64,000 nt of DNA from NCBI GenBank assembly GCA_002269645.1, contig NIVC01000570.1, positions 310,001 through 374,000 of the forward strand. The letters are read 5' to 3'. Below, in pieces: positions 57,848 through 64,000 of the stretch. Numbering within the stretch: the stretch's first letter is position 1; the number at the start of each line of letters is the position of its first letter. Made by a program: the position numbers and the translations under genes. Source of the stretch: Macrostomum lignano. Lineage: Eukaryota. The notes below the pieces were generated by a model, which saw nothing but the letters and a program-made list of their open reading frames with translations, was not told the origin of the DNA and made no database searches.

Positions 57848-58835
57848 CTGGAAGTCGGGCATTAATTGTTAAGCATATCAATATAAATGTACTTATAATT
57901 ATAGAATGACGAACTCTTACATTATCAGCTTCTGGTAAACTGATCCTAAATCCGTTTTATCTCACTGTTCAAAATTATAATTTTATTCTAGAATACTTGG
58001 TTTTCAATGATTAAAATATAAAGATTACGTTATGTTAAATCGGAACCGCAGATTACATTTGTATTTCTGTATATTTCTACAGCAGCACTTTAGGTTGACA
58101 TCATTATGAAATTTACTGTACATCAAATGTAACAGTACGACGATTAATGAGTAAACGAATTAACGCACCGAAGACAGAAGTAAAACATATAACTTATGCA
58201 AGACATATATTACTGTACGAACCTTGTGATCCGTGTATGAGTAAATATGCTACAATAGCTTCATAGCCAGCCATTTCTAAAAAATAAACACAAATGACAC
58301 TGAACACTTTGCACATGGAATGAAATCCACTCTGTTGGGTTGGGGATCTAACCACCAGCAACAAATAACAACATGTTGGGTCTAAGTGCTAAGTCAAACA
58401 CTATGAGAAATCAAACCAGTCCCTTGAGTGTGATTTACTGTACTTTTTGGTAAAAGAATGGAACCCGACGACTAATTGTAACTTATCACAAAGGACTCCC
58501 AGTTAAGTAAGCGTTGGGTTGATCTCTTCGCCTTTTCAGTTTATTCGACCTTCATAATTATTGGCTGCTGGTGGTTTTGTCCGCAGCTCACAGTTGGGCT
58601 TTGTTGTTTACGCGGATTTCCCATTTTGTTGTTTGCTAATTGACTCGTTATGTGCGTATTCATAACGAATAAAGGCTTAAGTTCGTTATAGACTGACACT
58701 ATGAGAAGCAGGTGAATATTTTGTAATTACAAAAATATATAAACTTATATAACAAAACAGGAATCTAAACATTACTCTAGCAGAACAAGAAGTGCTCACG
58801 GAAGCAAACAATCTTTCTCACAAATCGCACATCGT

Positions 58836-61439
58836 TCATGAAAACGATAGTTGTGCGTGAGGCATCAGGGCAATATGAGTGTTGCTAATGACACAATTGC
58901 CGTCAATGTCACGTAACGCCACAGAGTAGACATGAGAGTCAAGTTTATTAGCAAACGCATCACATGTTAGGCGTCTAACATGAGCCAGACGGCAACAGCG
59001 CACATTAGAATCTTGCGATACGCCTGCTTGTTCGAAAGGTGTACCAATCTCTAGTTCTTCCACACAGAGATTTTGCAGCATCACTCGAACGTCCTCGTTG
59101 GATGCGTTCATCCTCAGCGAATGGACCCTGGCAAATCGGAAATTGTTTGGATCGGTACCACGCACAGCAACGAAACAGGAAACAGACTTTCGATTCGTAC
59201 GAATGGCGTTCGCAAACGATTCTACAATGAATCCACTAGATAGATGTGCTGCATCCCATTCTTCCGAGCACGCGTTTGCTGTCGCCATCGATCTACGGAG
59301 AATCACGTTGTCTGTGGTGCATAGTTCGATTCGCCTTTTTTGGTCGAGACCTTTGGAATTCGCCTCTATCATCATAGACTGCGCCTGTGCCACGGCAATT
59401 TCATTTTCAACGATGTTAGCAATTTCAACGTCAATGTTTCGCCTTCCTCTGATACGGGCAGCCAGTCGTCCATGCATTGTCTCGAATAACGATGCCGATA
59501 GTAAATGTATTGGACCAGCCGATTCCACCGACGAAATCATGTGCGTACATACATGATGGGCATTATAAGAAAGCGCTCGTTTTGAGTATAACGTATCCAT
59601 GCTATGGAGAAATTGCTTAAGTGATATTCTTACATGCCGCATCTCACTCAGTGGTGCACCGACGAATGACATCCAAAAAACAGCAGACGACAAGAGAACC
59701 AGGTGACTGTAGTACTCAGTCGGAAGAAAGTTCTGTAGCGTCATTGGGCCGAATGCTAAGAGCCACATTTCAAATTCATGGCCACGGAAGTTTGATAATT
59801 CTTTTAGATGACGTGGATTACCACGCTGGACACATTGTGGCACCCGTATTTCGTTCAGCAAATTACAAATCGAACCGACTTGTCGATAAGTGTCAGGTGT
59901 CCTTCTGCATGCTGGGTCAGGTCGTTGAGCAGGTGGTAGCAGCAATTGCCTTAGAAGGTACCTAAATAAGCCTGAACACAGCTGATGTAAATAGCATGCA
60001 GGCGTGCCATTCACAAAATCAAAGCCAGATAATTGAGCCAGAGGTGACAGAACCTTTACTCCAAGAATATCGGACGTTGTTCGCAATCCTGCATCTCGGT
60101 CCTCCTGCCGCTTCGCCAAATGTATGGTGTCTAACATTGTACGCAATTCCGGATGGTCACAGCCTTCATTGCGCGCATCTTGAAGCATACCCTGGCTGAT
60201 TTGCATAGGATAAAAGCGGCCATAACCACCAGGCTGCTTCTCTGTGCGAATATAGCACTTGTCGCAACCGTAATGGGCATTATACCTCTTAAAGCCTAGA
60301 GCGTCTGCTCGTGCAGGGGCATCAAATATTGCAACAAATGGATGCAGACGCAGAACTCGTTTCTCTCCAGTTTCGTCGGTATACGTAACTCCTGGGTGCA
60401 GTAGGCGGTTAAGCCGTTCAACTACCAAAGGCAAAAAAGCGACACTGTGAAGCTTTTCCTTCCCGGCCCAAACACCACAGATCGCCACGAAACGATGCTG
60501 GACAGATCGATTGACTTCAATAATTGACAGGTACACTGGACACACTTCGACAGTTGACGTCGTTCGCATCGGAAATCCATCACAGCATATGCTGTATGAC
60601 AGATCGGAACGCGAGTCAATGTCGATTGTCTGCAAGAAGCGTCTGTACAGGTTACTATTTGCATAATGAAGGATGCCGGGTTCCAAGCGACGGCAAAGAT
60701 CAGCAGGAAATTCGACATGTTTCAGCATTCCACCAGCCTCAATCATAGTACGCACTTTAGTTTCGATATCTAGGCACCAGAATTGTCCTAGAGAGCTGGC
60801 ACCGCAGTTCGGACACATTTGCTTCGCTTTAAGCCTGCCCTCAACTGCACTCAGACAAGATTCGCAAACTATATATGATATGGATGTGCCTTTGGCAGTT
60901 TGAAGGACTCCGAATGCAACATCCAGTCTGTGTGTTGTCGTTGGCAGTCGTGAATTCGGCAAAATTTTGTTGATTAGTGTGAGTAGATCCTGCTTATGAA
61001 TTTTTGTGAGCCCAGCATCTGTTGCGAATTTTTGTAGCATGACTACAGCTTGACCAACGGTAAGACAATGCCCTTCAACAAGTGGCATCTCATTCAGATC
61101 AAGCAGGTAGCTGTTCTGATTGGGTTGATCATTTTCGCTGGCACAATCGGGAACATCTAATTGAGTTCTAATGTCCGACTCCAATAGACTGACATCATTT
61201 TCCTCGACTTCAATAAAACAATTGTTTTCGTCATACTTGTCTTCAGTACCAGAGTTGGCTGAGTTTTCTTCAACAGTTGTTACATCTGTACAATGATGAT
61301 CTAGTACATTCTTTGATGCACGGTGTCGCATCATTCGCTCGCTGGCTGTTTGAGCTGGAGTACGTCGCCTAACACCAGTCCTGTAGCGCACGGCATAGTC
61401 CCGGCGACGACGCTTAGCAGTCCCAAGGTCATCAGACAT
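58836..61439 (-). CDS. EnSpm/CACTA-type DDE transposase, intact 867 aa
   Basis: CESC...CPNCG; CDGFP (D), FDAPARA (D), GCDKC, CYLH, FETMHG (E); TATA-like TATATAAATA about 30 nt upstream of the ATG. Confidence 0.85.
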   Translation of the reverse strand: MSDDLGTAKRRRRDYAVRYRTGVRRRTPAQTASERMMRHRASKNVLDHHCTDVTTVEENSANSGTEDKYDENNCFIEVEENDVSLLESDIRTQLDVPDCASENDQPNQNSYLLDLNEMPLVEGHCLTVGQAVVMLQKFATDAGLTKIHKQDLLTLINKILPNSRLPTTTHRLDVAFGVLQTAKGTSISYIVCESCLSAVEGRLKAKQMCPNCGASSLGQFWCLDIETKVRTMIEAGGMLKHVEFPADLCRRLEPGILHYANSNLYRRFLQTIDIDSRSDLSYSICCDGFPMRTTSTVEVCPVYLSIIEVNRSVQHRFVAICGVWAGKEKLHSVAFLPLVVERLNRLLHPGVTYTDETGEKRVLRLHPFVAIFDAPARADALGFKRYNAHYGCDKCYIRTEKQPGGYGRFYPMQISQGMLQDARNEGCDHPELRTMLDTIHLAKRQEDRDAGLRTTSDILGVKVLSPLAQLSGFDFVNGTPACYLHQLCSGLFRYLLRQLLLPPAQRPDPACRRTPDTYRQVGSICNLLNEIRVPQCVQRGNPRHLKELSNFRGHEFEMWLLAFGPMTLQNFLPTEYYSHLVLLSSAVFWMSFVGAPLSEMRHVRISLKQFLHSMDTLYSKRALSYNAHHVCTHMISSVESAGPIHLLSASLFETMHGRLAARIRGRRNIDVEIANIVENEIAVAQAQSMMIEANSKGLDQKRRIELCTTDNVILRRSMATANACSEEWDAAHLSSGFIVESFANAIRTNRKSVSCFVAVRGTDPNNFRFARVHSLRMNASNEDVRVMLQNLCVEELEIGTPFEQAGVSQDSNVRCCRLAHVRRLTCDAFANKLDSHVYSVALRDIDGNCVISNTHIALMPHAQLSFS

Positions 61440-63859
61440 TAATGGCCAGAGGAAAATTTGGCTGAGGGGTATTTATATAGCATAAATGGCTTAGGAGCAT
61501 GGTATGATGATGCTGAAAGTCTGGTTATTGAGCAATAAAATCTAATAAACCTAAATTAAAAGGCCACTAAATTTATCATCAATAATCTTCCTTAATTACA
61601 AGTATAACTGTATAAGTACAGTGCTTTAGAATGTAAATCTGATGATGAATGTTTATTCTACAAAACATGTTCAGACTATTGGATCTAAAAAATTCACATA
61701 AGAGCTAAAATAATTTTTTCTATATAAGATATAAAGGGCCTCTATCTCTGGGAATATGTTGAGTTGCAAAACTTTTTAGGTTATTAATTTCTTTGTAAAA
61801 TGTTAAGTTCTAGGCGTTAAGTTCCTTTAGAATATAATATGTTAATAAAATTTATATCTATTAAAATATAAAATAAAGCATGCATTGTACAAATATGTAA
61901 TATTTGAATACACAGCTTTCTAAAAAGTACTATATAGACTATACAAACCTAAGTAAATGAATATCATATTAATAATTGTTGCAATTTTATATTTGGACTT
62001 CAACATATTTTTAAATTGATTTCTTACTTACACTCTAAAATTTCTTACCATACAGCAAGCTCTCTCTGTGCTCATATACAATCACAATATATCTCTACGA
62101 TAGATGAAATATTTTATTAGGATGAGTTTTCTAAATTATTTTTCTATTTTTTCTTACTCTTTAAGTTTAAGTAATAAAATAGGCTAATTGCTAGCAATCG
62201 ACAACACAAATTTATTTAGTTATTTTTCAGTTTATGCATAATGCAGACTGATTGATTTCATTATAAAAAACAAATGACATTTTTCTCATCCAAAATTATT
62301 ATTCAGCCTGTTGAGACTGGACTACTTTAATATTTAACTATAATTTACTATAGTGACTGCCAATTCCCGAACCAGGGCAGGGGCAGGGGGTCAGGCCTTG
62401 TTATTGACTCATTTAGTGAAATAACTCGCATTGACTATTTCTGAGGTTAAATAAACTTTGTCCATTAGATTATGATAAATTATACAAAACATGCTTCACG
62501 TGCACGATAAAACTCAGAAGTCTGTTGAAACGTGGCGTCTGAAATTTAAATATTTTCGAGTAACAAAAAAACAAACAAAATAGTTTCCTTTTTTTCATTA
62601 GTCAGCACGATGAAAGAGTAAAAAGCACAGCAAATACTTAATAAAAAAGCTTTTAGCTTGTGAATAGCAAATTCAGAAAAAGGTATTTAGAGTAAGCGAA
62701 TAAGTGATTTCGACAATTTTTTTAAAAGATTAATTTTATTTTCCCATCAGACGATTCAGAGATTCAGATAATTAATTTCCCATCATTGTGATCAAGCAAC
62801 TGATTGTATAACCGTACTTTTTAAAATAATAAACAATGTATTGTTGAATCCTGAAGCCTGGGATTTTCATCCCTACTAGCACAAAAGACCTGCCGGGAAG
62901 CGGGAACTCAGTTAGTTGACAGCGATAATTTTACTGAAAATAATATATATACATGTACCACTTTAATTGTTTCTAGTTGATTTGGTACGTTACAAGTTTA
63001 TTTAAAGTGTATAAAAATTGAGGTCCCAAAAACTCATAAATTGTACGTATGGGCTTCATGTGTAGGCTTTAATCTCCATTTTCGCACCTAGCTTTCCTAC
63101 TCCTTTTTAATCAGCATCGTCACGTCAAAGTCCCTCAGGACACGCTTTCAGAAAAAACGGGCTATAGACCCGAACGTCTGGGTTTCTGCTTTCCCCGCTT
63201 TCCGGGCGAAAGTCCCGCTTTTTCACCCGATTTAGTTTCAACCGTTTTGTCGGCGTGCTTTCCGGGTGAATCGACCGTTTTTTAGTTTTCACCCGAAAAA
63301 TTTAAAGTTCCGGGCCCAATTGCATATGTTTCCGGGCGAAAATTCGGGCCAATTTTTCATAGGGTGTGGCGGAGCGAGGCGGAGAGAGAAGACGGGTAAA
63401 CAAGCAACGAGGGCTGTGAAAAACAAGGGTCGCAAAACAAGGGGCTACCCCGGGCGCCCCAGCCAGACAGGACTGATAAAGAGCGGGCTGGGGGTGGGTG
63501 CGCGGGGAGAGCTTAGTTTCCGGCTAGCATAATTTATGCGCGGCTTTTCTATTGGCCGGCGAGAAAAACCAACTTGAAAACAGAAATTATCGATCGCATT
63601 GTACATAGGCTTTACAAACGCACGCATTGTTGTTTAAAATTCTTTGGGCATTACTTTAAGCAGACGTTAGAGTACGAGACCATTAAATAACCAATATTAT
63701 AGATTGGCACTGCTCTCGCTAAAAAAGCCCTTGTCGGGGCTACCTCAACTGACAACGTCACATTCCCCAATGCTAAAAAGTTTTCGCTAAATTTCATACG
63801 ACAAATGTTTATCGGCATCAAGATGCATCTACAACGTCTCCACATGACGACTCTGTGTG

Positions 63860-64000
63860 GAGACTATGACGCCAAACAACACAGGCATTATAGTTGCATT
63901 GGGTGTCTAATTAATTCTTTCTGGTTGTTATATTTGGTAAAACTGATCAGTGAATAAGTATTGCGTAGATTTCACGTTTTCCATTCAGAATTGGGCGGTT
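63860..64000 (-). repeat. 3' flank of a probable ninth peptide gene copy beyond the window
   Basis: Matches the downstream flank of minus-strand copies, e.g. 45880-46000 (ttgttatatttggtaaaactg...cattcagaatt.ggcggtt). Confidence 0.7.

Larger units (their letters stand above)
53927..63364 (-). mobile_element. EnSpm/CACTA (CMC)-type DNA transposon, 9,438 bp
   Basis: TIR CCCTATGAAAAATTGGCCCGAATTTT and its reverse complement ending at 63364; 2-bp TSD TG; subterminal cccg/cggg repeats; internal transposase. Confidence 0.88.
53494..63762. mobile_element. Solo LTR split by the EnSpm element (halves 53494-53926 and 63365-63762)
   Basis: TGTAACG...AACGTCACA termini; 5-bp TSD TTCCC at 53489-53493 and 63763-63767; patchy similarity to LTR 12436-13252. 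Confidence 0.75.

Overview
Eukaryotic (probably invertebrate animal) genomic window; no species assignment is possible from the sequence. The backbone is an array of at least 8 intronless genes, plus the 3' flank of a probable 9th at the right edge, each encoding a ~60-aa secreted precursor: signal peptide, acidic spacer, RKK site and a His-alternating C-terminal peptide (GFHVHFH-G or FHLHLP-GK). Their orientation alternates strictly. Between copies 1 and 2 (~4.0-36.7 kb) lies a decayed, unclassified element. It carries a spliced superfamily-3 helicase gene of T-antigen/E1/NS1/Rep type, three low-complexity ORFs and several minisatellite arrays. Nested in it are a tRNA-SINE (13-bp TSD), a solo LTR (4-bp TSD), a full-length 15,027-bp Polinton/Maverick (14212-29238; AGTAG termini, 6-bp TSD TGCATA; pPolB, integrase, ATPase, protease, major and minor capsid, PLA2) and an internally deleted Ingi/I-type LINE with a 2A-like peptide (13-bp TSD). 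On the right, a solo LTR (5-bp TSD) is split by a 9.4-kb EnSpm/CACTA-type transposon (CCC...GGG termini, 2-bp TSD) with an intact transposase ORF, a spliced BEN-domain gene and a Gypsy remnant. One Sel1-repeat host exon and a probable Crypton remnant are also visible. All family calls come from motif recognition by eye; no database searches were run, and some homopolymer frameshifts could be sequencing errors.
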